Assembly (NCBI GenBank): GCA_032128375.1
Contig: JAQBGU010000084.1
Location: forward strand, 49,322 to 113,321
From: Deltaproteobacteria bacterium
Lineage (GTDB): Bacteria; Myxococcota_A; UBA9160; SMWR01
DNA: 64,000 bases
Direction: 5' to 3'
Shown in pieces: positions 37,932 through 47,569 of this stretch (positions are counted from its first letter, which is position 1; the number at the start of each line of letters is the position of its first letter). Below the pieces are notes generated by a model. The model was not told the DNA's origin and made no database searches. It saw nothing but the letters and a program-made list of their open reading frames with translations. Both the position numbers and the translations under genes were made by a program.

Positions 37932-39353
37932 ATGAGATGGAACAACGAGGGTACAATTGTCTTCGCAAGCGTCGTCGCTGCGGGTCTCTTGTCAGCGGCG
38001 TGTACAACGGCCCCCTATGAGCCGGACGTCTACGCCCCACCCGGAGGACCGGGCTACTACGACCCCGGCTATTCTGGCCCCGGCTATTCCGACCCCGGCT
38101 ATTCCGACCCCAACTACGCCGCCGCCGCCCAATACCAAGAGCCCACGTATTCCGTCGGCGTCTACACGGTCGTTCCACAGGTACCGCTGCACTCGCGCGC
38201 TACGTGGTACTTCGGCGTCCACCCCCATCCCGACAGTCATCACGAGGGGCGATTCTGTAGCCAGAGCGGCGCCCATAGCCACGGCTACGATCCGTACCGG
38301 AATCACCGTTATGAGTTCCACGATGGCTACTACTATTGGCTGGGCGATCCCGTGGCCTTCCATGTGCAGTCAGTTTCTTATGCGTACTTTGGTCACCATC
38401 CCCACCCGCACTACTTCGGCAGTTATTGCTACATGAATGGCCGACACCACCACACGTACTCGCCGCGCAGCAGAAACTCCTATAACTATGTCCGCGGGGT
38501 GTTCCACTTCAACGGTGTCTTCGGACGCGACTACCATGAGCATCGCAAGGAATACAACGAAAACGGATGGCGATACGCTCGTCGTGAGCGCGGCTACAAC
38601 GAGCACCACGATTGGAAGCAATACCGCGAGCATGGAACGCCCAATCACCAGGACCGTGATCGACGCGAAGATCGCAACCAGCGCGCCGACGAACTGGAGC
38701 GACGCCATGAGCAGCAGCAGATGGGTCGCCGCAATCGCGAAGAAGCCCATCGGCAAGCGATACAGGAGCGCGATCGCCAGCAGGCAGCTCAGCGCGAGGA
38801 CGACGAGCGCCGGAAGCAGGCAGCCCACCAGGCGAAAGAAGAACGGCGCCACCAGCAGATAGTCGAGCGCGAGACGGAGCTAAACCGCAAGCAGGAGGCT
38901 GCAACACGAGAGGTAGAGGAGCGACGGCGCCAAAAGGCGGAGCAACGAGACAGGGTCGAGGTCACTCGGCAGCAGGCAGAGCAGCGCGAGAGGGACGAGC
39001 GCACTCAGCGCCAGGCAGAACAACGCGAGAGAGTCGAGGTCACTCGGCAGCAGGCAGAGCAGCGCGAGACGGACAAACGTGCGCGCAATCAGGCCGCGCA
39101 ACGCGAGAGCAACGATCGTCGCCAGCAGGCAGAGCAGCACAAACGGGACGAGAGCCAACGGTTGGAGGTTGCGCAACGCAAGAAGGAAGAACTACGGAAC
39201 CAGCAGAGACAGGAACGCGCGAATGCGGTCCAGGAAGTGCGAGACAACCCCAAACCCGTCGATCGCCGCCAGAAGCAACGCAAGAAGAGAAAAGACGGCG
39301 AGGACGACGAGATTGGAGAGGGGACGCTCGAGGAGACGGGCAGGCAGCAATAG
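37932..39353 (+). CDS. Hypothetical lipoprotein with His/Tyr/Cys-rich repeats and a Q/E/R coiled-coil tail
   Basis: AAGGAGG RBS, LSAAC lipobox, DPGYS repeats, two YFGxHPHP..C...G.H.H.Y.P units and QQAEQRE repeats. Confidence 0.7.
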   Translation: MRWNNEGTIVFASVVAAGLLSAACTTAPYEPDVYAPPGGPGYYDPGYSGPGYSDPGYSDPNYAAAAQYQEPTYSVGVYTVVPQVPLHSRATWYFGVHPHPDSHHEGRFCSQSGAHSHGYDPYRNHRYEFHDGYYYWLGDPVAFHVQSVSYAYFGHHPHPHYFGSYCYMNGRHHHTYSPRSRNSYNYVRGVFHFNGVFGRDYHEHRKEYNENGWRYARRERGYNEHHDWKQYREHGTPNHQDRDRREDRNQRADELERRHEQQQMGRRNREEAHRQAIQERDRQQAAQREDDERRKQAAHQAKEERRHQQIVERETELNRKQEAATREVEERRRQKAEQRDRVEVTRQQAEQRERDERTQRQAEQRERVEVTRQQAEQRETDKRARNQAAQRESNDRRQQAEQHKRDESQRLEVAQRKKEELRNQQRQERANAVQEVRDNPKPVDRRQKQRKKRKDGEDDEIGEGTLEETGRQQ

Positions 39354-39454
39354 GCGCGCTGAGCCCTCAGATCGCCACTGGCCACGATCCATCGAATTCG
39401 CTTTCTGGTATCCTCTGCGGTCACGCTTGTGGCATCGCCGCGAAGGATGCAGCG

Positions 39455-39898
39455 TTGATCCGAGACATCGTACATCTCAATATCAATGTCACCGATATCG
39501 ACCGCTCGATCGCGTTCTACGAGCGGCTCGGTTTCCAGACCCTGCACGTGTTTGGGGAAAAGCCCACCGAAGACACGAGCGAGGGAATGGATTTCGGCGG
39601 CGGTCACATGCGCGGTGCCGTGATCACGCTGGGTGACCACCCACGCTGCTGGACAAAGATCGAGTTGATCCAGTGGGTCCGTCCCGCCACGGAGCCGCAA
39701 CCCGCGCGCACCACGATCCATGCCGGGGTCTCGCGGATTGCGCTGCGCTGCAAGAACCTGCTTTCGTTCTACGAGGAGCTCCGGGCGGATGGCATCGAGT
39801 TCGAATCAGAACCCCAGGAGATCGACCTCGTCGGCGCCAAGCGGTTCGTTCTGTTCCGCGATCCCGACGGCACGCTGCTCGAATTGATCGAGTTCTAG
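39455..39898 (+). CDS. VOC/glyoxalase family protein
   Basis: HLNINVTDIDRSIAFY...FRDPDGTLLELI. Confidence 0.88.
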   Translation: MIRDIVHLNINVTDIDRSIAFYERLGFQTLHVFGEKPTEDTSEGMDFGGGHMRGAVITLGDHPRCWTKIELIQWVRPATEPQPARTTIHAGVSRIALRCKNLLSFYEELRADGIEFESEPQEIDLVGAKRFVLFRDPDGTLLELIEF

Positions 39899-39910
39899 CT
39901 CGGAGGCGAA

Positions 39911-41110
39911 ATGTCCCAGTCCGCAGGTTTCGACTATCCGCTATTCGACGCGGACAATCACTACTACGAATCCACGGATTGCTTCACTCGCTACATCGAA
40001 CCTGGCTACCGCGACAAGGCCATCGCGCTGCGCGAGATTGAGCCGGGGCGCCGGCAACTGTTCATAGGCGACAAGCCGTTCACGTTTCTGGCCGGTGAGG
40101 GATTCGCTGGCCCCAAGGTCGCCAAGGCCGGTTCGCTGCGAGAGATGCTGCGCACCATGAAAACCGGCGTCACGGCCGATAGCGCGACCAGCGAGCCGAT
40201 GCAGCCCGCATATCAGAACCGCGACGCGCGCCTCGCGAAAATGGACGAACAGGGAATCGAGTCTGCGCTGCTGTTTCCGACGCTGGCGGTCTGCGTCGAG
40301 CACTTCATGAAAGACGACGTAGAGCAGATGTACGCCAATTTTCACGCGTTCAACCGCTGGCTCGACGACGCTTGGGGCTTCAACTACCGCGATCGGATCT
40401 TCGCCCCGCCGCTGTTGAGTCTGCTCGATCGCGATCGCGCGGTCGAAGAGCTCGAGTACGTGCTCGCGCGCGGGGCGCGAATCGTTGCGCTGCGTCCGGG
40501 CCCCGCGTTCGGCAGGTCCCCGGCCGATCCGTATTTCGATCGGTTCTGGTCGATATTGAACGAGGCCCGAGTTCCTGTCGCGTTCCACATCGCAGAGTCT
40601 GGATACAACGAGACGATGAGTGTGCACTGGGGAGAGGAAGAGAACCCGTCCTCACACCGCCAGTCGGCGTTCCAATGGAGCTGCTTCTACGGCGACCGGC
40701 CGATCATCGACACCGTCGCCGCAATGATCTTTCACAACTTGTTCGGTCGGTTTCCAAACGTCAATGTGTTGAGCGTCGAGAATGGCTCTCTGTGGGTCCC
40801 CTACGCGATGAGTGTAATGGACAAGATGAAGGGGATGGGTCGCAACGGTCCCTGGATCGGCGGCTACCTGAAGGGGCGACCGAGCGAAGTTCTGAAGCAG
40901 CGCGTCTTCGTTTCGCCCTACCACGAGGAGGACATCCCGGCACTGATCGATCGCTTGGGTGTATCACAGGTGTTGTTTGGTTCTGACTACCCCCACCCGG
41001 AAGGCCTTGCACAGCCGGCGGACTTTGCGGAGTCGATCCCCGATCTTTCCGCCAACGAGCTTCGAATGGTGATGCGGGAAAACACCTATCAGCTGATCCA
41101 TCCCAACTAG
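39911..41110 (+). CDS. Amidohydrolase 2 family protein
   Basis: DADNHYYE, VENGSLW and FGSDYPHPEG motifs. Confidence 0.9.
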   Translation: MSQSAGFDYPLFDADNHYYESTDCFTRYIEPGYRDKAIALREIEPGRRQLFIGDKPFTFLAGEGFAGPKVAKAGSLREMLRTMKTGVTADSATSEPMQPAYQNRDARLAKMDEQGIESALLFPTLAVCVEHFMKDDVEQMYANFHAFNRWLDDAWGFNYRDRIFAPPLLSLLDRDRAVEELEYVLARGARIVALRPGPAFGRSPADPYFDRFWSILNEARVPVAFHIAESGYNETMSVHWGEEENPSSHRQSAFQWSCFYGDRPIIDTVAAMIFHNLFGRFPNVNVLSVENGSLWVPYAMSVMDKMKGMGRNGPWIGGYLKGRPSEVLKQRVFVSPYHEEDIPALIDRLGVSQVLFGSDYPHPEGLAQPADFAESIPDLSANELRMVMRENTYQLIHPN

Positions 41111-41146
41111 CGCGTTTTTCGGCCCATCACTTCAAGAGGAATCGTC

Positions 41147-42502
41147 ATGAGCCAGGCATTCGATCCCGGGGTACCCAACGCGCGATATCCGTTTCCCGCG
41201 TACCCAAACGGCTGGGCGCGGATCGGCCTGACCGAGGAACTCGGAGTAGGCGACGTTTCACCGATCCGCTACTTCGGTCGGAATCTCGTGTTGTTCAGAA
41301 CAGAGTCAGGAGCGGCGCGCGTATTGGACGCGCACTGCCGGCATCTCGGCGCGCACCTCGGCATGGGAGGGACGGTCGCGGGCGAAAGTATCCGTTGCCC
41401 GTTTCATGCCTGGTGTTGGGACGGCGATGGAAACTGCACCGAAATCCCGTACGCGAAGCGAATACCGCCTGGCGCGAAGATGGGTGCCTGGCCGGTGTGT
41501 GAGCGCAACGGGTTCATCTTCATCCATTATCAACAGGATCAGCATCTGGGTAAGCAAGATGGGCAGCAAGACGCAAGGCCACCCCATGACGAGGTGCCCG
41601 AAATTCCCGAGTACTGCGATTCCGAATGGAGCCCGTTCTCGCGACTGCGCTGGAAGATCCGTGCGCGCAGCTACGACATGGGAGAGAACGCGGTCGACGA
41701 CGTGCACTTTCGCTATCTGCACGGCGCTGCGTCGATGCCTTCGACCGAGCGAGGCGATGTTCGCGGAAGCAGTTCGAACTTATCGAAGATGAAACTGGAT
41801 ACGCCGCAAGGCAAGGTCGACGGCTCGATCGAGAGCACGAACGTACCCGGCATGGGCCTCGTCTATGTGCGCGGCATCTGCGACACGTTGATCGTAATCA
41901 CCGGAACACCGATCGACGGCGACTACGTGGACCAGATGTTCAGCTATACACAGAAGGTCGGCGAGGACCCCATCAAGGCGAAGCTCGGCAAAGCGCTGCT
42001 GCGCGACCTCGAGAAGCAGATGAACGAAGACATCGTGATGTTCGAGCACAAGCGCTACTTCACGAACCCGCTGCTCGTGCCGGAAGACGGACCGATCGCG
42101 GACTACCGCCGCCGCGCACGAGCGCAGTACGACGGCGACTTCTCCGGGATGGACGGCGGCGATGGCGCGACCGAATCGAACCCAGCCAGTCCCATCGCGC
42201 GCGACGTGCGGACCCGGGTTTTCGCGGAGCGCGACTTCGACGAACTCGCCAGTTTCCTGCGCGCCACGTTCAAAGCACGTCAGGTCGAGCGAACAGAAGA
42301 TGTTGAAAGCGGCGAGGTCGAGCTTCGTCTGTTCGGCCGCGACGACGCGCTGAAGCACTCACTGATCTTCGAACGCGTTTGCCTCGACCGCAGTGAGCTC
42401 GTCGACCTCCGCGGCTATCTCGCCCGACCGCTCGTCAAGAAGGGCATCGCCGCTCATGGAAGCCAGCCGTTTCGAATCCCGAGCGACCAAGTAGGCCATT
42501 GA
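41147..42502 (+). CDS. Rieske oxygenase (KshA/Neverland-like) with a C-terminal extension
   Basis: CRH...CPFH Rieske motif; ENAVDDVHFRYLH mononuclear Fe site; DIVMFEHK. Confidence 0.85.
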   Translation: MSQAFDPGVPNARYPFPAYPNGWARIGLTEELGVGDVSPIRYFGRNLVLFRTESGAARVLDAHCRHLGAHLGMGGTVAGESIRCPFHAWCWDGDGNCTEIPYAKRIPPGAKMGAWPVCERNGFIFIHYQQDQHLGKQDGQQDARPPHDEVPEIPEYCDSEWSPFSRLRWKIRARSYDMGENAVDDVHFRYLHGAASMPSTERGDVRGSSSNLSKMKLDTPQGKVDGSIESTNVPGMGLVYVRGICDTLIVITGTPIDGDYVDQMFSYTQKVGEDPIKAKLGKALLRDLEKQMNEDIVMFEHKRYFTNPLLVPEDGPIADYRRRARAQYDGDFSGMDGGDGATESNPASPIARDVRTRVFAERDFDELASFLRATFKARQVERTEDVESGEVELRLFGRDDALKHSLIFERVCLDRSELVDLRGYLARPLVKKGIAAHGSQPFRIPSDQVGH

Positions 42503-43959
42503 TTCGCTTACCTCTGTCGGTACCCCCGTCGACACCCCTGCTGGGTGCGATCTCGAAGTGCAACGTGATTCTGTGCGGCGCGATTCTGAGCATCTGCGTC
42601 TGTGCGAACGCGGCCGAGCGGCCGAACATCGTGCTGATCACGGTCGACACCCTGCGAGCTGATCACTGCCCGGCGTACGGCCACGCGAATCAGACGGCGC
42701 CAGCTTTGCAGCGACTGGCTAGCGCGGGGGCTCTTTTCGAAATGGCCCACGCGCCGACTTCGGAAACCGCGCCCAGCCACGCTTCGATATTCACCGGGCT
42801 GTACCCCGTATCGCACGGACTTGTCAAGAACGGCTTGAGCCTTTCGCAGGAGCACGAAACACTCGCGGAGACGCTTCTGGCGAACGGATACCAGACGGCG
42901 GGATTCGTCAGTTCGTTCGTGTTGAACCGAAAATTCGGATGGAGCCAGGGTTTCTCGACCTACCGCGACGAATTTGATGCGTCGGCCGCAACGACGAAAT
43001 TAGAGTGCTGGGAAAGCCATCCAATCGATGAAGGGTTCGATCAACGCGGTGATGTGACCACCCGAGAGGTGACGCGCTGGTTGTGGGAGCGCGATCGCGG
43101 TCGACCGTTCTTCCTGTTCGTGCACTACTTCGACCCACACAGCCCCTACGAGCCGCCAACCGAGTTCGAACAGCGGTTCGAACTACCGGAGCCCGGCGAG
43201 CCCGGCAGCGTCCGCGCACGCACCGACTGGCGTCGGCTGGTTCGCGCATACGATGGAGAGATCGCGTTTGTCGACCGGGAGATCGGCCGCCTTCTCGATG
43301 TTCTCGATCGCGAAGGGTTGAGCGATGGGACGCTGGTGGTCGTGACGGCCGATCACGGCGAGGGGTTGATGGATCACCAGTTCATGCTGCACGGAATTGA
43401 CGTTTATCAGGAATCGGTTCGGGTTCCACTGGTGTTTCGCTGGCCGGACAAGATCACCGCCGGCCAGCTCCATTCGGCGCCGGTGGAACTCGTAGATCTG
43501 GCACCGACCCTCCTCGAGTTCGCGGGCGTCGAGGCGAAACCGGGTCCGGCTTCGCCCGCTGCGCTCGCCGCAGATTTGCGACCAAGCCCCCGGCATAGCC
43601 TCGCGGCGGCGATGCGTGACGGTGCGTCGCTCGATCCGCAACGTCCCGTATTCTTGTACAGGCGCCCATTTCCCGACACCCATGAGGATGGCGTCCACGT
43701 CAACGGCGAGCAGTATGGGATCCGCGTTGGCAAGTGGAAGCTCATCGTCGGCGAGAAGGAACACCGCCGGGAACTCTACGATCTCGAGCGCGATCGAGGC
43801 GAGTCGAACAATTTGGCCGTCGAGAATCCCGACAGGATCGCCGAGCTAGAGGGCCGACTCGATCATTTCAAACAGCAATACGGAACGCCTGGCCGCGTTC
43901 CGGGGGTTTCCGAGCAGGACCGCAAAGGGCTCGATGCGCTGGGTTACACAATTGAGTAA
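42499..43959 (+). CDS. Sulfatase-like protein (Thr at the nucleophile position)
   Basis: PNIVLITVDTLRAD, ETAPSHASIFTG, HYFDPHSPY, TADHGE and ALGY; start may be 42565. Confidence 0.87.
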   Translation: MIRLPLSVPPSTPLLGAISKCNVILCGAILSICVCANAAERPNIVLITVDTLRADHCPAYGHANQTAPALQRLASAGALFEMAHAPTSETAPSHASIFTGLYPVSHGLVKNGLSLSQEHETLAETLLANGYQTAGFVSSFVLNRKFGWSQGFSTYRDEFDASAATTKLECWESHPIDEGFDQRGDVTTREVTRWLWERDRGRPFFLFVHYFDPHSPYEPPTEFEQRFELPEPGEPGSVRARTDWRRLVRAYDGEIAFVDREIGRLLDVLDREGLSDGTLVVVTADHGEGLMDHQFMLHGIDVYQESVRVPLVFRWPDKITAGQLHSAPVELVDLAPTLLEFAGVEAKPGPASPAALAADLRPSPRHSLAAAMRDGASLDPQRPVFLYRRPFPDTHEDGVHVNGEQYGIRVGKWKLIVGEKEHRRELYDLERDRGESNNLAVENPDRIAELEGRLDHFKQQYGTPGRVPGVSEQDRKGLDALGYTIE

Positions 43960-43966
43960 GATCGGA

Positions 43967-44056
43967 CAATCGAGAGCGTTTCAATAGAGAGCGTTTCAAT
44001 AGAGAGCGCATGAATAGAGAGGGCTTCAATAGAGAGGGCTTCAATAGAGAGGGCAT
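43967..44056. repeat. Six 15-bp tandem repeats (VNTR) between convergent genes
   Basis: Consensus caatagagag(c/g)g(c/t)(t/a)t, six contiguous copies. Confidence 0.92.
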
Positions 44057-44070
44057 CCAACCCGGGCCAC

Positions 44071-45798
44071 TCACTGGTCCATTGCCCGCTTCGCTCGCGC
44101 CTCGCGCTGCTTGGCTCTGGCGCTTTCCATCTCTGCCAGGATGACGGCTTGCAGCGGGCCCCCAACGCGCGCGGATCGTTCGAAGAAATCAATGGCGTGC
44201 TCGTATTCACCGCGAACCAGGTACGCAGTGGCGACCGAACGGAGCCACGGCTGTGTCTGCAACTGATGGCTTTGCGCGTGCGCGATCCATTGCAGCGCGA
44301 CGTCATCGACCAGCCGACGGAAGCTCTCGTGACCCCGGACCCGAAGGAAGGCCGGATCGTTACTGAAATTGCGAACGAAGCCGAGCCCGCGATCCAACGC
44401 TTTCCGCAACTCGGAAACCGTGGTTTCTACATCCCCCTTGCTCGCGGCGACGACGGCCCGCCAGTACGAGGCCGTACCACCGTGCGGAAAGTGAGCTGCC
44501 GAATCGCGGACCAGTAGGATTTCCTGTTGCCACAGCGGTGCTCGCGCATGGCTGCGGAGCGAGAAGCCGAGAACCACGACGAGGCTAGCGGCGATGGCGA
44601 CGCGCGTGGCCCAGCTCGCGGCAGTCGCGCGACGCTTCGAGGGGGCGCCGTTCGATACCGCTAGCCAACGCGAACGAAACGTTTGCGCCAAAAGCAACGT
44701 GCCGCCGATCAGACCCGGAAGAATGAAATACAGGTAGCGGTCGGCCATCGGATGCAGGAAGGGCGAGAGCTGTGAGATGGGTAGATAGGACGCGCCGGCT
44801 GCGAGCCAGTAGGCGGCTTCCTCTCTGCGCGCCCGCAGCGCCGCGACAGTGCGCCACGCGAACAGCAATCCGGCGATCACGCCCGCGATCCACCAGGGGT
44901 CGGTCGCGGAAAGCACCGGGTTGGGCTCATGAAATGCAGAGATCCCGATCGAAGTAGCCGCCATCAACAAATAGCGTGCGCCGATTGCGCCGATCGTCTG
45001 CACATGGACCCGGACGTCCGAGAACGCGGCGACTTCGATCCCGCCTGAAGACCGATGCGCTGCGAGTTCTGGCACCGCGAATAGCGCGAGCAGCAACAGC
45101 CAGACTCCGAGCCACGCCCAATCACGTCGAGTCCCTCCGCGCGCCCAGCAAAGGCCAGCCGCCCACGGAAGCGCGGTCGCCGCGGAGGCTTTGCTCAGCA
45201 ATCCGAATACGAACAGAGACGCTGCGAGTTTCGGGAAACGTCGATGTGCGAGCACGGCACCCATACAAGCCGCGAGTGCCAGACTCGTCTTGAGCTGTGA
45301 CATCCAGGCGACGACTTCAACGTTGGTTGGGTGAACCGCAAAGATCGCGCCGCCCAGCACCGCACCCAGAAGTGGAAGTCGGGATCTGCGAAGCAATGCG
45401 ACCAACAGAACCGAGTTGAGCCCGTGGACCAGCACGTTGATGACGTGGTACCCGAATGTGTCGTTTCCAAACGCGTGGCGTTCCAGCGCGTGCGTGAGCA
45501 GCAGAACCGGCGCGTAGTTCACGCCGTGGAGCATCGCGGCACCGAATGGATCGAGGATCTCGATCAGGTTCTCGGCGTTCAGTGGATTGAGGTACGGATG
45601 GTTGATGATCAAGACGAAGTCGTCGTTGATGAAATCGCCGTGCAGTGCGGGCTGCAGCAGCGTGAAGCTGATCAAAGCGAAGATTCCGAACAGCGCGAGC
45701 GCCTGGCGGAGCGACAGCGCGACTTCCGGGTCTACGCCCCCCGCGGCAGCTTCCTCGAGCGGCTCGCGGTTACCCTTTTCGACTTCTCGTACGTCCAT
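44071..45798 (-). CDS. TMTC-like GT-C membrane glycosyltransferase with C-terminal TPR-like helices
   Basis: FINDD, YHVINVLVH, FAVHPTNVEVVAW, LLSK and MADRYLY motifs. Confidence 0.78.
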   Translation of the reverse strand: MDVREVEKGNREPLEEAAAGGVDPEVALSLRQALALFGIFALISFTLLQPALHGDFINDDFVLIINHPYLNPLNAENLIEILDPFGAAMLHGVNYAPVLLLTHALERHAFGNDTFGYHVINVLVHGLNSVLLVALLRRSRLPLLGAVLGGAIFAVHPTNVEVVAWMSQLKTSLALAACMGAVLAHRRFPKLAASLFVFGLLSKASAATALPWAAGLCWARGGTRRDWAWLGVWLLLLALFAVPELAAHRSSGGIEVAAFSDVRVHVQTIGAIGARYLLMAATSIGISAFHEPNPVLSATDPWWIAGVIAGLLFAWRTVAALRARREEAAYWLAAGASYLPISQLSPFLHPMADRYLYFILPGLIGGTLLLAQTFRSRWLAVSNGAPSKRRATAASWATRVAIAASLVVVLGFSLRSHARAPLWQQEILLVRDSAAHFPHGGTASYWRAVVAASKGDVETTVSELRKALDRGLGFVRNFSNDPAFLRVRGHESFRRLVDDVALQWIAHAQSHQLQTQPWLRSVATAYLVRGEYEHAIDFFERSARVGGPLQAVILAEMESARAKQREARAKRAMDQ

Positions 45799-45836
45799 CG
45801 CGCGGGAATCCTAACAGGTCGCGATTCGGCTTCAGC

Positions 45837-46175
45837 TCACTGTGTCCCGTAGCCGAGAGCTTCGATGCGTTTCATTTCGGCATCTGTGAGCTCGACTGGC
45901 GCAGCTTCGGCAACGGAACCAGAACCGACGGGTGTCGAGTTGTCCGGTCTCGCGTAAGCATGCGAACGGACGCACTAGAGTCCTTGTCGGTCTGCTGGAT
46001 TCCCGCATCGTAGAGGTCGATCAGGTGGTCGGCGTCCTCTGAGTTGATCTCGCCCCGGCCGCGTCTGAAATTCAGTAACTCTCGAAGACCTCGCGGTGTT
46101 CGGAGTGTGCCGCGTCGTCGCTATGAGCATCGTAGTAGTGCCTGAACAAGAACAACGGCCGCTCGCGGGGCCCTC
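45837..46175 (-). pseudogene. Sulfatase-like gene remnant with large deletions
   Basis: Minus-strand fragments RPLFLFRHYYDAHS, DHLIDLYDAGIQQTD and MKRIEALGY*. Confidence 0.72.
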
Positions 46176-46388
46176 GTGAGTCCGTACTTCATGGAGACCT
46201 CACATCGTGTGTTGGCAGAGTGTGTCGGGGAGAATCGGATGGGTGAGTGTCTGGGGGTCGTGAGAACTTCGCAGAAAAACTCCCAAGAAGCCCGAGCAGT
46301 CGAGCACCACAGACCCCCGGATAGCCAGCCCCTGGAGAAAACGTGGTATGTCTCTAACGGGACTCTCATCAGCGAAGGAACCCCCTCG

Positions 46389-47567
46389 ATGGAACCTGCC
46401 AAGCCGAGCTTCGATCCGAAAGCCGTCCTGGACGAGGCGCGACGCAGAACGGGCCTCCACGATTTCGGCGACGACGCGTTCCTGGAGCCGATGCGGCGAC
46501 TGCTCATCGCGCTCGAGGGCGAGGCGCGGCTGAACGAAATCGGCCGTGTCACCCAGTTCGAGCGCATCGTCGGCTTGCTGGTCAATCGACTGCGTACAGA
46601 AGAAGCTGTTCGGCGCGATCCAGAGATCCTCGGAGAGGTCATCGATCGGCCGTTTGCGATTGTCGGGCTCGGCCGCACTGGCACGACCATGCTGCATCGC
46701 ACGATCGCCAGCGATCCACGCATGTACTCGTTGGCCTGGTACGAGTCGCGAAACCCGGCGCCGTTTCCCGGCAGCGAGGCGTTGGAGACGGACCCGCGCA
46801 TCGCGGACGCGGAGGCCGAAGTCCAGATGATGATCGAAGCCTCGCCGGACCTGGTCGCTGCCCACCCGATGGACGCACACGCGCCCGATGAAGAGATCAT
46901 GCTACTGGAGCACGCATTCATCAGCGGGAACCCAGAGGCGTTCTGCAACGTTCCAGAGTTCGCGCGTTGGCTCGAAGACTTTGACGCGCGACCCGGCTAC
47001 GTGTATCTGAAGCGCCTGTTGCAATTTCTTCAGTGGCAGAAAAAGCGGCAGCGCAGAGCGGCGGAGCGATGGGTGCTGAAATCGCCTCACCATATCGGCT
47101 TTCTCGATGTCTTCTTCGACGTCTTCCCGGATGCCCAGGTGATATTGACCCATCGCGACCCGGTCCAGACGATCCCGTCGTTCACCAGTCTGATTCATGC
47201 GATCCGCGTGCTAAGCAGTGACGAAGTCGATCTCGTCGAAATCGGACAACAGTGGGGCGGGCGGCTACAGCGCATGATGGACCGCTGTATCACATTCCAT
47301 CGGCAGCATCCCGAGCGATTTCTCGATATCCGCTATGAGCAGCTGATTGCGGACCCGTTGGCGAAGACGCGAGAAATCTATCGCTTCATCGATGTCGAAT
47401 GGACAGCCGAAGCAGAAGCGAAAATGCGACAATGGGCGGTCGAAAACGCCCGGGACAAGCGGCCAGTCCATCGCTACACACTCGAGAAGTTCGGCTTCAC
47501 CGAAGCGAGATTGCGCGAGGATTTCGCGCACTACCGCCGGTTCGTCGAAGAGTTGCCGGAGAAATAG
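46389..47567 (+). CDS. Sulfotransferase family protein
   Basis: PAPS-binding GLGRTGTT, WVLKSPHH and THRDP motifs. Confidence 0.9.
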   Translation: MEPAKPSFDPKAVLDEARRRTGLHDFGDDAFLEPMRRLLIALEGEARLNEIGRVTQFERIVGLLVNRLRTEEAVRRDPEILGEVIDRPFAIVGLGRTGTTMLHRTIASDPRMYSLAWYESRNPAPFPGSEALETDPRIADAEAEVQMMIEASPDLVAAHPMDAHAPDEEIMLLEHAFISGNPEAFCNVPEFARWLEDFDARPGYVYLKRLLQFLQWQKKRQRRAAERWVLKSPHHIGFLDVFFDVFPDAQVILTHRDPVQTIPSFTSLIHAIRVLSSDEVDLVEIGQQWGGRLQRMMDRCITFHRQHPERFLDIRYEQLIADPLAKTREIYRFIDVEWTAEAEAKMRQWAVENARDKRPVHRYTLEKFGFTEARLREDFAHYRRFVEELPEK

Positions 47568-47569
47568 CG

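Noticed and set aside
43967..44056. Tandem array as a CRISPR
   Set aside because: The units are contiguous 15-mers with no unique spacers, and there are no cas genes in the window.
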